From: an uncultured Desulfobacterales bacterium
GTDB taxonomy: Bacteria > Desulfobacterota > Dissulfuribacteria > Dissulfuribacterales > JALVPX01
Reading direction: 5' to 3'
DNA: 64,000 nucleotides
NCBI GenBank assembly: GCA_964459155.1
Contig: CAYWKF010000014.1
Location: forward strand, 7,304-71,303
In this document: piece after piece, positions 24,566-34,105 of the stretch
How positions within the stretch are numbered: the first letter of the stretch is position 1
Layout of the letters: each line of letters begins with the position of its first letter
Notes under the pieces: generated by a model
Databases searched by the model: none
What the model saw: the letters and a program-made list of their open reading frames with translations, nothing else
Told to the model about the DNA's origin: nothing
Translations under genes and position numbers: made by a program

Positions 24566-25909
24566 ATGGATTCATACATTGGAGCAAACAACGTATTGGC
24601 CATAGGGCTGGTGGGGGGCAAAGGTAGCCGCCTTGGCCCGTTGACCATCTACAGGACAAAGCCTGCAGTAATGGCTGGTCCGGCCATATTGGCCTCATTT
24701 TCCACCTCAGCCGCCCTCAATTCAGGCGTGGACCGCATAGTTCTTGCCAGTCAATACCTCCCGTTTAGTCTGGAAAAGTTCTACTCAGACGTGTATGGCA
24801 GTGAGTTTGGCCATTACAAAAAGATTGATGTCATTGGCCCGCACCACTACAGGGGAGATGAAACCCGGTACAAAGGCACGGCGGATGCCTTTTTCAAAGC
24901 GCTTCAGATTGGTGTCAAACACCAGCGTGAATATGTTTTGGGCCTATCAGGGGACCACATATATACCTTTGATTTTGAAAAACTCTTTGGCATTTTCCTG
25001 AAGGAGTATGACGACAATGCCTTTGTGGTCTTCACTCAGAAGGTCTCCAGGGAAGATGCGCCAAGATTTGGGATTCTTGAGACAGAAGACGGGTCCACAA
25101 AGGTGGTGAAATTCATAGAAAAGCCTGCCAGTTCCAAGTTGCCTCCAGGCCGAGAATATTTTGACGCCAGTATGGGCATTTATTTTGCTCCATTGCGTTT
25201 GTGGCAGCGTATATTGGAAGAGGATCAAAGGCGGGGCGCTGCTGGCGAATCCAATTATGACATAGGCGGTGATGTGATACCGCACATGATCGAAACAGGC
25301 CAGTTTCCGGTCCATGTTTTCAGGTTTGAAGGCTTTTGGGCAGATGTTGGAGAGCCACAGGCCCTCTATGATACTTACCGCTCGATCTTCTTGAGGAGGA
25401 ATCCTGATCTCTTTGGTGACCGGTTGAGGCCTATTGGCTCCACTGGCCAGCCAAACTTTTTCTGTTCAGACAATTGCAGCTTTTTTACTTCTGGTAAGTT
25501 TTCATTGCGGGAATCAAAGATAGACGGCTCCATTTTTTCGCCAGGCGTTGAAATAGAGAAATCAGAAGTGCTGGATTCAATTGTTATGGGCGAATCTGAG
25601 GGAAACAGGACCGTGATTGCCCATACAGTGGCAAAACGGGTAATCGTAGACAAAATGTGCAATATCAAAGGGGCTCAATTAGTCAGTGAAGAAGGCCTTA
25701 TTATTGTTGCCAGGGGAACAATGATCGCCAATGGAATAAAGATCAACACCAAAGGCCACGCCGTGGTTGCTTCTCTTTCAGCCCTTACAGAAAATATTCA
25801 CAAACTGGAGACTTATGTAAAGACCACCCAGGCAGAACTTTTTGACAATTTCGGGCAGAAATATTCTTATGAAGAGTTAAAGGAGCTAAGAAAAACCCGT
25901 ATGGGCTGA
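24566..25909 (+). CDS. glucose-1-phosphate adenylyltransferase (GlgC)-family sugar-phosphate nucleotidyltransferase, divergent
   Basis: The 447-aa ORF has motifs that parallel GlgC: VGGKGSRLGPLTIYRTKPAV, YKGTADAF, LSGDHIY, FIEKP, ASMGIYF and FWADVGEPQALYD, plus a C-terminal beta-helix-like region. The RIID segment after KPAV is not conserved. Confidence 0.65.
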   Translation: MDSYIGANNVLAIGLVGGKGSRLGPLTIYRTKPAVMAGPAILASFSTSAALNSGVDRIVLASQYLPFSLEKFYSDVYGSEFGHYKKIDVIGPHHYRGDETRYKGTADAFFKALQIGVKHQREYVLGLSGDHIYTFDFEKLFGIFLKEYDDNAFVVFTQKVSREDAPRFGILETEDGSTKVVKFIEKPASSKLPPGREYFDASMGIYFAPLRLWQRILEEDQRRGAAGESNYDIGGDVIPHMIETGQFPVHVFRFEGFWADVGEPQALYDTYRSIFLRRNPDLFGDRLRPIGSTGQPNFFCSDNCSFFTSGKFSLRESKIDGSIFSPGVEIEKSEVLDSIVMGESEGNRTVIAHTVAKRVIVDKMCNIKGAQLVSEEGLIIVARGTMIANGIKINTKGHAVVASLSALTENIHKLETYVKTTQAELFDNFGQKYSYEELKELRKTRMG

Positions 25910-25911
25910 AA

Positions 25912-25950
25912 GGGCGGCTCATGCGCTGGTTCTGGCTGCCGCCTGTTTTT
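25912..25950 (+). terminator. candidate intrinsic terminator after the GlgC-like gene
   Basis: GGCGGC (25913-18) pairs with GCCGCC (25938-43) and is followed by TGTTTTT. The loop is long, about 19 nt. Confidence 0.4.
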
Positions 25951-26115
25951 GCCTCCGTTAGCCCTGGTTGGATATGACATCGATGCGTTGTGACGAGCCT
26001 AGCAAGGGGGGTGCAGTCCTTTCTGCATCCGCTGCCCTTGTTAATGAGTGTAACTAGCATGGACCCAGGGCCCTGCTCTAAAGGAAAACGATTTAACGTA
26101 ACCTTGTAGCCAAGG

Positions 26116-27189
26116 CTACTTCTTGATATTTTTTCTTATTTCCTCTTTGTTCTTATCCTCCAAAGGATTTTCTATTTTTTTGATAACGGAGCTGGCTACC
26201 TCGAAGATGGTGCCTTTGTCATCTTTTATCCAGCCCTTTTTCGTTTTTTCATCCTTGAGGCCAACATGCAATATTTTTACTCCTTTTCCTTTAAGGTGAA
26301 TGGTAAGCCTACCAGATTGCTGGCCAGGTCCAAGGCCAAAATCAGAGGCAGAATCAGGATTTACCACATCATAGGCGTAAAGGGGTAAAAAGCCCTGCAA
26401 AATTTCTCTGGCCTCTTGTTCTGTTCTGAAGCTATTTTCTCCATTGAAATTGAAGACATATTCCAAGGTCTTGACGGTTGTTTTCCCATTTTCAGCAGTT
26501 GAGTTCCCATCCCCGTTTGCTTCCTTCTCTTTGTTTTTGGCAACAAGGCTCCACTCCAACGTGCCGCGCGAATAGGAAACCCCCTCTATTTCCCCTGGGC
26601 CTTCCGCTATAATGGTTTTATCTATCCACGGACCAGGCTCTGGGTGGCCAGCGGGTTTCTCAGACCAGATATCGAATAGGCTAAGCAGGTTTTGGGAGCA
26701 GAGATATATGCTGTCGGAATCTGGCAGCTTTACAAAGCTGCTGTTCCACTGGGGACCACGTTTGCCCACCTCCAATACTATTTTTTGGCCTCCACTTTTT
26801 TTCAAGGCCACTTTCATGGCCTCTTTATTATCAAGGGCAAAAGTGGCCAGCAGTTTCTTTCCAGATGCCCGTTTTTCGCCGGTAAGGCCACTCAAGGCTG
26901 TTATTAGTCGTTTAACCTTGCTTTCTTTTGCTGGCGCCCAATAGGATTTATTCTTGTCCCACTTCTGGACGAGCCATCTGCCCGCTTTTTTCACAAGCAG
27001 GAGATGATGGCCTTTGTCTTTTGTTGGTCCAAAGGCTTCTATTTCCACAATTTCATTAACATCCAATTTCGGTATGATCGGAGTATAAAGCTGGTTTTGG
27101 TCTATCTTTTCAGGCCGTTGTAAATAAAAGTAAGAGGCTCCAAGGCCAGCTAAAATTATGGCTAGAACTATCAAGGTGTGAGGTTTCAT
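26116..27189 (-). CDS. DUF4340-like protein (accessory component of a GldG-type ABC system)
   Basis: I trimmed the track ORF (start 27324) to Met46 at 27189, which has RBS AGGAGG at 27197-27202 and a single N-terminal TM (MKPHTLIVLAIILAGLGASYFYL). A gene of this size and topology downstream of a GldG-like gene is the usual DUF4340 arrangement, so the call is positional. Confidence 0.5.
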   Translation of the reverse strand: MKPHTLIVLAIILAGLGASYFYLQRPEKIDQNQLYTPIIPKLDVNEIVEIEAFGPTKDKGHHLLLVKKAGRWLVQKWDKNKSYWAPAKESKVKRLITALSGLTGEKRASGKKLLATFALDNKEAMKVALKKSGGQKIVLEVGKRGPQWNSSFVKLPDSDSIYLCSQNLLSLFDIWSEKPAGHPEPGPWIDKTIIAEGPGEIEGVSYSRGTLEWSLVAKNKEKEANGDGNSTAENGKTTVKTLEYVFNFNGENSFRTEQEAREILQGFLPLYAYDVVNPDSASDFGLGPGQQSGRLTIHLKGKGVKILHVGLKDEKTKKGWIKDDKGTIFEVASSVIKKIENPLEDKNKEEIRKNIKK

Positions 27190-27203
27190 GTTGGTTCCTC
27201 CTG

Positions 27204-29687
27204 CTAAATCCGCGTTTCCACTGGATTGGGACAATGCTCGCGGCGTCTTTTCCTGTTTGCGGCCCTCAAAACACCAAATATGATCCATATTACCGGCGCA
27301 GTGAAAATAGTGAACCCACGCCACAGAAGTTTTGCCTGGGCGGATATGGGCGGCAGAAATCTTTGCACCTGAGACTTGCTACGTATGTGTATCAATTCTT
27401 CTCCGAGTCCCAGGGCATCCATGCTGTTTAACAAGAAAGATGCGTTTCCCATGGCACCGATGACATTGTCTTTAAACATTTCTGCGCAACCTGTTAGGAT
27501 GATCTGGCTCTTCTGAGGGGTAGTCGGCTCTGCTGTTTTTTCTTTACCCTGTTCGGTATTTTCTTTTGGCGATTCCAACTCATCCTTTTTCTCTTTTTTC
27601 TTTTCTTTTTCACTGCTTCCAGGCCATGGGGGAATCTCTTTGCCTTCAAAGGTATTTGGAAACTGGCCTTCCACCAGCAAGGCTAAGGGTCTTGGCTTCA
27701 TCTCTTTGCCAGATACTGGCGGATGCAGGTCTTGGAGCGTAAGGGGACCGAAATGATAAGGCCTGGTCCAGCTTTCCTGGCTGGAAGAAAAGAGGATTGT
27801 GGTTTTCAGGCCCTTTTTGTCCAAGGTTTCTCGGTCCAGTTTCAATGCAGTGCCCCAAAGATAGAGCAGACCTGGTATCCGGTCCGTCACTGACAGCTCT
27901 TGGTTCATCTGATCTGGCAGCACTTCTATCTGCATCGGGAAGTTCACAGGCATCTGCACAAGGGCGGTGAACATGCCTATTTTGCGCTGGGTAGCAATGG
28001 AAAGCACTGCGTGGCGTTTGTCAAAGAGCATGTTGCCATCCACTTCCAGGCCATAAGGAGCCAGCAAGTCATTGATGTTACTTGGTAATTGTTGAGCGGT
28101 GGCAGTCATGCCGTTAGCGCCTTCTGAATAGTCATATTTGATCCGCTGTACTGCTATAAAAAGTTTGCCGCCACGATTTAAAAAATTTGATATTTCATAT
28201 TGTTGGCGTTCATTTAACTGGCCTGGTTCCAAGATAACCAGCAGTGTTGCATCTTCTGGAATGGGACTATTTTTCTCAAGCCTTATCTTTTCTACATTGT
28301 AGCCCACATCTGTCAGCAACTCCTGCAGAGTATTGAATTCGTCCATGGGAACTCGTTGGCCCATTTGCCTCATGAGCATGGCCGTTTGCGGATCAATATC
28401 GCTTGTTGGAGCCAGCAGTGCCACCTTAGGCCGTTTTTCCAACGTGAGTCTGAAGATCTTGGATACCAAATCATATTCAAGACTGCCCAGTGACTGCGGC
28501 ACAATTTGTGGAATTATTTCTTCCTTTTTGTCAAGATACGCAATAGAAAGAGCAGAATAGATGCGTTTTATATTTACCGCATCTTGCTCAATAGTCTGTG
28601 CATTAAAGGGTACGATGCCTTTTTTCTGCAGCTCAGGAATTTTGTCTGGTATGGCTGATGGATCGACAATGCGGTATGTGAATTTGGGCGAGAGCTGTGA
28701 CAGTTCCTCCAAGATGTCTTCAACATCCCTGGCAATTTCTTTCATGGGGGTAGGTAGTTTTTCCTTGGAAGAAACATAGTAGGTAACTGAAATAGGAACT
28801 TTGAGGCGTTCAAAGACCCTTTGTGTAGCTGCAGACACTGTGTAGAGTTGGTCACTGGTCAAGTCTATGCGTTTTAAACGAACATTGTAAAGTATTCCAT
28901 TTAGAAAGAGGCCAATGGCAAGGAGGATTGATGCTCCCAGCCAAAAGCCTTTTGCCTTTTTCATCCTAATGTGTCCTTCAAGGGTGAGGACATTGATCGT
29001 CAGGAAGATTGCAGCAAAGGCAATGAAAAAGAGCAGGTCACGAACGTCTAATACCCCTTTGGCAAAGGAATTGAAATGACTTGGTATGCCTATGGTTTCC
29101 TTTAGAAAGGTGCCGAGTCCTGCGATCCAACCATCCAGGAATGTCGAAATGAAGTCTGTACCGGCTAAGAAGGCGCCAAGACCAGCCATCAGGGTGAGAA
29201 TAAATGCAACTATCTGGTCCTGGAAAAAGGCAGATATGGCCATTCCAAGGGCAAGCAGGAAGGCAAGGAGCAGCAAACTGCCCGAATAGCCCCCTATAAT
29301 TGGTCCCATATCAGGATTGCCCAATGCTTTGAGCATTATTGGTATAGTGACTGTGCTGGCCACTGCCATGGCGCCAAAAAACATGGCTGCCAAGAACTTG
29401 CCCAATACCAGTGCGGTTGAAGATGTTGGCAAACTGAGCAGCAATGATATGGTGCTGCTCTTCCTTTCCTCTGACCAAATCCTCATGGTCACTGCGGGTA
29501 CAAACACGATGAGCAAAAGGGGCAAGTTTGTGAAAAATGCGCGCATATTGCACACTCCAGATAGGAAAAACGTGGTCATAAATATGCCGCATGTGACCAA
29601 GACGAAGACTACCAGAAACACAAAGGCTACCGGGGCGTTGAAGTAGCCAGCTAATTCTTTCCGGACAATGGTCAATATGTCTTTCAT
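27204..29687 (-). CDS. fused ABC-2 type permease (GldF-like) and GldG-like auxiliary domain protein
   Basis: In the 827-aa ORF, the first roughly 240 aa form a multi-TM ABC-2 permease. A large extracytoplasmic domain and a C-terminal TM follow, as in GldG / ABC_transp_aux proteins. A low-complexity EKEKKKEKKDE stretch is present, and the ORF overlaps the ATPase gene by 4 nt. Confidence 0.6.
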   Translation of the reverse strand: MKDILTIVRKELAGYFNAPVAFVFLVVFVLVTCGIFMTTFFLSGVCNMRAFFTNLPLLLIVFVPAVTMRIWSEERKSSTISLLLSLPTSSTALVLGKFLAAMFFGAMAVASTVTIPIMLKALGNPDMGPIIGGYSGSLLLLAFLLALGMAISAFFQDQIVAFILTLMAGLGAFLAGTDFISTFLDGWIAGLGTFLKETIGIPSHFNSFAKGVLDVRDLLFFIAFAAIFLTINVLTLEGHIRMKKAKGFWLGASILLAIGLFLNGILYNVRLKRIDLTSDQLYTVSAATQRVFERLKVPISVTYYVSSKEKLPTPMKEIARDVEDILEELSQLSPKFTYRIVDPSAIPDKIPELQKKGIVPFNAQTIEQDAVNIKRIYSALSIAYLDKKEEIIPQIVPQSLGSLEYDLVSKIFRLTLEKRPKVALLAPTSDIDPQTAMLMRQMGQRVPMDEFNTLQELLTDVGYNVEKIRLEKNSPIPEDATLLVILEPGQLNERQQYEISNFLNRGGKLFIAVQRIKYDYSEGANGMTATAQQLPSNINDLLAPYGLEVDGNMLFDKRHAVLSIATQRKIGMFTALVQMPVNFPMQIEVLPDQMNQELSVTDRIPGLLYLWGTALKLDRETLDKKGLKTTILFSSSQESWTRPYHFGPLTLQDLHPPVSGKEMKPRPLALLVEGQFPNTFEGKEIPPWPGSSEKEKKKEKKDELESPKENTEQGKEKTAEPTTPQKSQIILTGCAEMFKDNVIGAMGNASFLLNSMDALGLGEELIHIRSKSQVQRFLPPISAQAKLLWRGFTIFTAPVIWIIFGVLRAANRKRRREHCPNPVETRI

Positions 29688-30643
29688 TTTACATCCCCTT
29701 CATGTTTGTTACTTATCTGGCGCTTTATGAGTGCCGTGAATATCTCTTCCAGGTCAGGATCTTTCCTAACCAGTTGAACCACTTTCCAGCCATGATCCAA
29801 GGCAGCCTGTGCTACTGCCTTGTCAAGACCGGATGCCCTTTTACCAGTAAGAACAAACTTTTTTATCCCATCATCAGTGCTCACAGCCTGTACGTTTTCA
29901 ACTGCAGGAAGGACTTTCAGATCTGCTTCAGGATCACTATCTGCAACAATGGCTAGATGGACGACCTCCATTGGATGCACTTGAGCAGCAAGCTCATTGA
30001 ATTTTCCATCCGCAACTATTTGGCCTTCATTAATTATCAATATCCTGTCGCTTACCGCATCGATTTCTTGAAGTATATGGGTGCTGAAAAGGACGGCCTT
30101 CGTCTTTGATAGCTCCTTGACAAGTTCCCTGATTTCTATGATTTGTATAGGATCAAGGCCAGAAGTTGGTTCGTCCAATACCAGCACTGGCGGGTCATGA
30201 ATGAGTGCCTGGGCAAGCCCAACCCTCTGCTTGTAGCCTTTTGAGAGCTGACCGATGGGCCTGCACCAGACATGTACAAGCCCGCAAGTATCAGCGATCC
30301 AAGAAAGCCTTTTTTTTAATTCTTGGCCATTCAGATGGCGCGCCTTGCCAACAAAATTGAGGTATTCCCTGACCTCCATTTCATCATAGAGGGGGGCCTG
30401 TTCGGGAAGATATCCAAGCTCTTTTTTGGCCTGTATCGGACTTTCGACAACGTCTTTACCATTTATTTTGGCTGTGCCGTTGGTAGGAACTATCTGAGCG
30501 GAAAGAATCTTCATGATCGTGGATTTGCCTGCTCCATTTGGTCCAAGCAGCCCCACGATTTCGCCCTGTTTCACTGAAAAAGAGCAGTTCTTGACTGCTT
30601 CAAAAGATCCGTAAGACATTGAAATGTTTTGTGCTTCTATCAT
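29684..30643 (-). CDS. ABC transporter ATP-binding protein
   Basis: The 319-aa ORF has Walker A GPNGAGKST, the signature LSKGYKQR, Walker B VLVLDEPTSGLD, and the H-loop STHIL. Confidence 0.93.
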   Translation of the reverse strand: MIEAQNISMSYGSFEAVKNCSFSVKQGEIVGLLGPNGAGKSTIMKILSAQIVPTNGTAKINGKDVVESPIQAKKELGYLPEQAPLYDEMEVREYLNFVGKARHLNGQELKKRLSWIADTCGLVHVWCRPIGQLSKGYKQRVGLAQALIHDPPVLVLDEPTSGLDPIQIIEIRELVKELSKTKAVLFSTHILQEIDAVSDRILIINEGQIVADGKFNELAAQVHPMEVVHLAIVADSDPEADLKVLPAVENVQAVSTDDGIKKFVLTGKRASGLDKAVAQAALDHGWKVVQLVRKDPDLEEIFTALIKRQISNKHEGDVK

Positions 30644-30723
30644 ATCCGACCTCCCGGAACAATCCAGCAGGAAAAGATATAAAAACTTTTTTTTAAGTCA
30701 AGGCCACTTTCGTATGTGCTCTC

Positions 30724-32067
30724 TCACGCCAGGTCGAAGAGTGCCATGGCCTCAGCATGGGAAGTATGTGGAAACATGTCCACGATGCAAGCTGCAGTAA
30801 GCTTGTACGGGCCCTTTGAAATAAGAATGCCGGCATCTCGAGAAAGGGTAGACGGATTGCACGAGATGTAAAGGATTTTTTCCGCTCCGCTTTTGGCCAA
30901 TTGTTCCATGGTTTCAAGGGCGCCGCATCTAGGAGGATCGAGCAGTATTTTATGGAACTGCTTTTCTTGGAATATGAAAGCGACATCTTTGGTCAGATCT
31001 GCGCTCAAAAAATTGGTGTTCATAAGGCCGTTCCGTTTGCTGTTGAAAAGGGCACGGTCCACCATTCCCGAACTGCCTTCAATGCCAGTCACCATGCCTG
31101 ACTTGGTCGCCATTGGCAGGCTGAAATTTCCAATTCCGCAGAAAAGGTCTAGCACCTTGTCATCCGGCTGGAGTTCCAAGAGATCAAGTGCTCTGGCAAC
31201 CATCTTGTTGTTGACTTCACTGTTGACCTGTATGAAATCACCTGGTTCAAAATAAAGTATGATATTAAGTACTTTGTAACAGAGTTCCACTTTTTCAATA
31301 GGCCAAACTTGATGTATGGTTTCAGGGCCTCCAGGCTGAAGATAGATCACGTAATCATATTCTTGGGCGAAACGTGATAGCTTTTCATTGTCTTCGTCTT
31401 CAAGACTTTCAAGGTGGCGGATGATCAAAGCAGCCGCATTGTCAGCCACTGCCACTTCTATTTGAGGAATCAAGTCTGGGATCGATAGTGATGATACTAT
31501 ATTGCGAAGTGGTTCAATATTGTGTCCTATAGCGGGATGCAGGACTTCACACTGGCTTATGTCTGCTATAAAGGAACTGTGCTTTTCCCGGAATCCAACA
31601 AGCACCCCACCTTTTTTGTGTACCAGCCTGGCACCAAGTCTTGCAGACCTGCGGTAGCCCCAAATTGAGCCGACCAAGGGGTCGAGTAGATTTTCAGGGT
31701 GTGTTCCAGCAAAGTGTTCGAGCTGTTCCAAGAGTGCCGTTGTTTTTGCCTTTATCTGTGCCTCATGACTCATATGCTGAAGGCTGCATCCTCCACAAAC
31801 CAAAAAGTGTGGACAACGTGGTTCGACTCGGTCGGGAGATGGATGCAGCACTTCGGTTACGACTGCCTCATCAAACTTTGAAAAACACCGCACATACCGA
31901 AATATTACCTCCTCACCAGGCAGGGCACCGTCAACGAAGACGGTTTTGCCATTCACCTTTGCGATGCCCCTGCCATCATGAGAAAGACCAATTATCGCAG
32001 CCCTAACCGGCTCTTTCGGGATCTTTCTTCTCCTCTTTCTTCGTCTACCCATGGTTTTGCTGTTCAA
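30724..32067 (-). CDS. rlmD: 23S rRNA (uracil-C5)-methyltransferase RlmD/RumA family
   Basis: The 447-aa ORF has an N-terminal TRAM-like region, the 4Fe-4S Cys cluster CPHFLVCGGCSLQH, the SAM motif DLFCGIGNF, and the catalytic region DPPRCG...YISCNPSTLSRD. The start is TTG at 32067 or ATG at 32052. Confidence 0.85.
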   Translation of the reverse strand: MNSKTMGRRRKRRRKIPKEPVRAAIIGLSHDGRGIAKVNGKTVFVDGALPGEEVIFRYVRCFSKFDEAVVTEVLHPSPDRVEPRCPHFLVCGGCSLQHMSHEAQIKAKTTALLEQLEHFAGTHPENLLDPLVGSIWGYRRSARLGARLVHKKGGVLVGFREKHSSFIADISQCEVLHPAIGHNIEPLRNIVSSLSIPDLIPQIEVAVADNAAALIIRHLESLEDEDNEKLSRFAQEYDYVIYLQPGGPETIHQVWPIEKVELCYKVLNIILYFEPGDFIQVNSEVNNKMVARALDLLELQPDDKVLDLFCGIGNFSLPMATKSGMVTGIEGSSGMVDRALFNSKRNGLMNTNFLSADLTKDVAFIFQEKQFHKILLDPPRCGALETMEQLAKSGAEKILYISCNPSTLSRDAGILISKGPYKLTAACIVDMFPHTSHAEAMALFDLA

Positions 32068-32720
32068 ATTTCCTGGAGTTTATCCACATCTTCCCTCTTG
32101 CCCAATACATACAAGATTTCGTGTTGATGCAATATGTGCTTCGGGCTGGGCATCAAGTTCATCTCGCTAGTTTTTTCATTCTGAATGGCCAATACATAAA
32201 TGTGGTATTTCTTCCGCAATTCCAGTTCCTGCAAAGAGTGCCCAATAAAGGGCTTTGGAGGCTCAATTTGGGCAATAACATAGCCCTCCAGCATTGGAAG
32301 AAAGTCTACTATGTTTGGTGACAAGAGCGAGTTCGCCATGTCTTTGGCAGCATTCTTTTCCGGGATGATCACCTGGTGGGCACCTACCAGGGAAAGAAGC
32401 TTTGAATGATCCTCATCATTTGCCTTGGCCAAGATTTTTTGAACCCCAAGCTCTCGCAGGTAAAGGGCAATGAGTACGCTGTGCGTCATGTCCCCCACAG
32501 CCACTATCACTGTTTCGATGTCCGCTACTCCCAGGCTCTCCAGTACCTCTTTGTCACTTCCATCTGCCACCACTGCATCCGTGACATCTTCGCTTATCTT
32601 TTGGACAAGCTCTTCTTGCCTGTCGATACATAACACCCTCTTGCCGGCGCTGGCCAGAGTTCGTCCAAGGTGTATCCCAAATTTTCCAAGGCCTATTATT
32701 GCGAATTCATACCGTGCCAT
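32064..32720 (-). CDS. trkA: TrkA/KtrA-type potassium uptake regulatory protein (RCK domains)
   Basis: The 218-aa ORF has the N-terminal Rossmann motif IIGLGKFGIHLGRTL and a C-terminal TrkA-C-like region. It lies next to a TrkH-family gene. Confidence 0.85.
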   Translation of the reverse strand: MARYEFAIIGLGKFGIHLGRTLASAGKRVLCIDRQEELVQKISEDVTDAVVADGSDKEVLESLGVADIETVIVAVGDMTHSVLIALYLRELGVQKILAKANDEDHSKLLSLVGAHQVIIPEKNAAKDMANSLLSPNIVDFLPMLEGYVIAQIEPPKPFIGHSLQELELRKKYHIYVLAIQNEKTSEMNLMPSPKHILHQHEILYVLGKREDVDKLQEI

Positions 32721-32734
32721 ACCTTTTCACCTGA

Positions 32735-34099
32735 TCAGCCTACCATTATGTCCTCGCTGGCATAGTGATAGGGTTTTGGTTTTGTTACTCCCTGTGTGAG
32801 TGCGGAAACGAGTGACAAGAGCCCAACTCTGCCAATAAACATGGTGCATATAATTATTATTTTGCCGCTGGTATTGAGTTTTGGCGTTAGATCCAAAGTA
32901 AGTCCCACTGTGCCCAGGGCTGAAACACTCTCAAACAGTGTTGCCAAAAACCTGTTTGAACCTGAGAGGAAAGGGTGATTCCTTCCAGACACCATCATGA
33001 GAAGGTGAGACAATAGAATTGCGCTCACGTAGAGTGTAAGAAGCACAAGGACTTGTTGAATGGTGTGGTCTGGAATAGTCCTGCGGCTGATGGTGGATTT
33101 CGTATAGCCTTTAAGTCTGCTTATGGCAGTCACCCAGAGCGACGCAAGAGTTGTAGTTTTGAGTCCGCCGCCTGTAGAACCAGGGCAGGCTCCAATGGCC
33201 ATCAATATTAGCATTATATAGAGCGTGTCTTCGGTTAAACTCGATATATCAACTGTGTTGAATCCAGCAGTGCGAAGACTTACGCTGTGAAACAAGCTTG
33301 TGAGCCACTTTGTTTTGAAGTCCATATCAGCCAGAGCGTTGCCTTTCTCAAACAGAAAGAAACACAGTGTACCAGCAACAAGCAGTATAACGTGTGTGTA
33401 AACAGTAAGCCTAAAATTCAGTGACCATGTTCTGCGGTTCCCCTTTAAAAATCTTTCCCCAATTTCATAGGCAATGGCAAAGCCCGTGTTGCCCAGCATT
33501 ATGGCGGCCATGATAGTAATTAAGACACCCACGTTGGATTTGAAAGGGTAAAGGCCGTTGTCAAAAGTGGAAAAACCCGCATTGCAAAAAGCCGACACAG
33601 CATGAAAAACTCCTTGAAACAACGCTTCATCTGGCGGCAGGAACCTGAGGAAAAAGAAGGTGAGGGAAAGGGCAACGGCTGCTTCTGCTGTAAAGGTGTA
33701 TAATAAAATTGTGGTAAGCAGGCTGCCAAGGGTTGGAGTGTGTTTGTACAGAAAGGTCTCTTTCAAGAATAATTTGTGGGATATTTTTATGGGCTGGCCA
33801 ATTGTCAGAAACAGAAGTGTTGAAATGGTCATCACACCAAGGCCGCCTATCTGAATCAACGCCATGATTACAAAATGCCCCTGTCTGGTAAAAGATGAAG
33901 CAGTGTCTGTTACTGTAAGCCCTGTAACACAAACTGCTGATGTGGAGGTAAACAGAGCGTCGAGCAGGGAAAGGCCGTGGTAGTGCATTCCTGGCATTAG
34001 AAGAATTGCTGCTCCGAGCAGATCCAACACGCCAAAGGCCGCTATCACCAGGAAAGGCGGCTGTCGCCACAATCTCTTTGTTATCGCCTGAAACTCCAT
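32735..34099 (-). CDS. trkH: TrkH/KtrB family potassium transporter
   Basis: The 454-aa polytopic membrane protein has repeated selectivity-filter-like motifs: TGLTV, AGFST, RTAGFNT and GTVGLT. Confidence 0.85.
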   Translation of the reverse strand: MEFQAITKRLWRQPPFLVIAAFGVLDLLGAAILLMPGMHYHGLSLLDALFTSTSAVCVTGLTVTDTASSFTRQGHFVIMALIQIGGLGVMTISTLLFLTIGQPIKISHKLFLKETFLYKHTPTLGSLLTTILLYTFTAEAAVALSLTFFFLRFLPPDEALFQGVFHAVSAFCNAGFSTFDNGLYPFKSNVGVLITIMAAIMLGNTGFAIAYEIGERFLKGNRRTWSLNFRLTVYTHVILLVAGTLCFFLFEKGNALADMDFKTKWLTSLFHSVSLRTAGFNTVDISSLTEDTLYIMLILMAIGACPGSTGGGLKTTTLASLWVTAISRLKGYTKSTISRRTIPDHTIQQVLVLLTLYVSAILLSHLLMMVSGRNHPFLSGSNRFLATLFESVSALGTVGLTLDLTPKLNTSGKIIIICTMFIGRVGLLSLVSALTQGVTKPKPYHYASEDIMVG

Positions 34100-34105
34100 A
34101 AGCTC

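Noticed and set aside
26106-26119. A GTAGCC-aa-GGCTAC palindrome at the stop codon of the DUF4340-like gene.
   Set aside because: A 2-nt loop is sterically implausible for an RNA hairpin, and no T-tract follows.
27190-27324. Long N-terminal extensions in the track ORFs: 26116-27324, 39787-41145, 36455-37492, 19222-20394, 14319-14567 and 57216-57677.
   Set aside because: The extensions overlap the upstream gene and lack similarity to the respective families. Internal Met codons with good RBS and family-typical N-termini exist, so I trimmed the starts as stated in the features.
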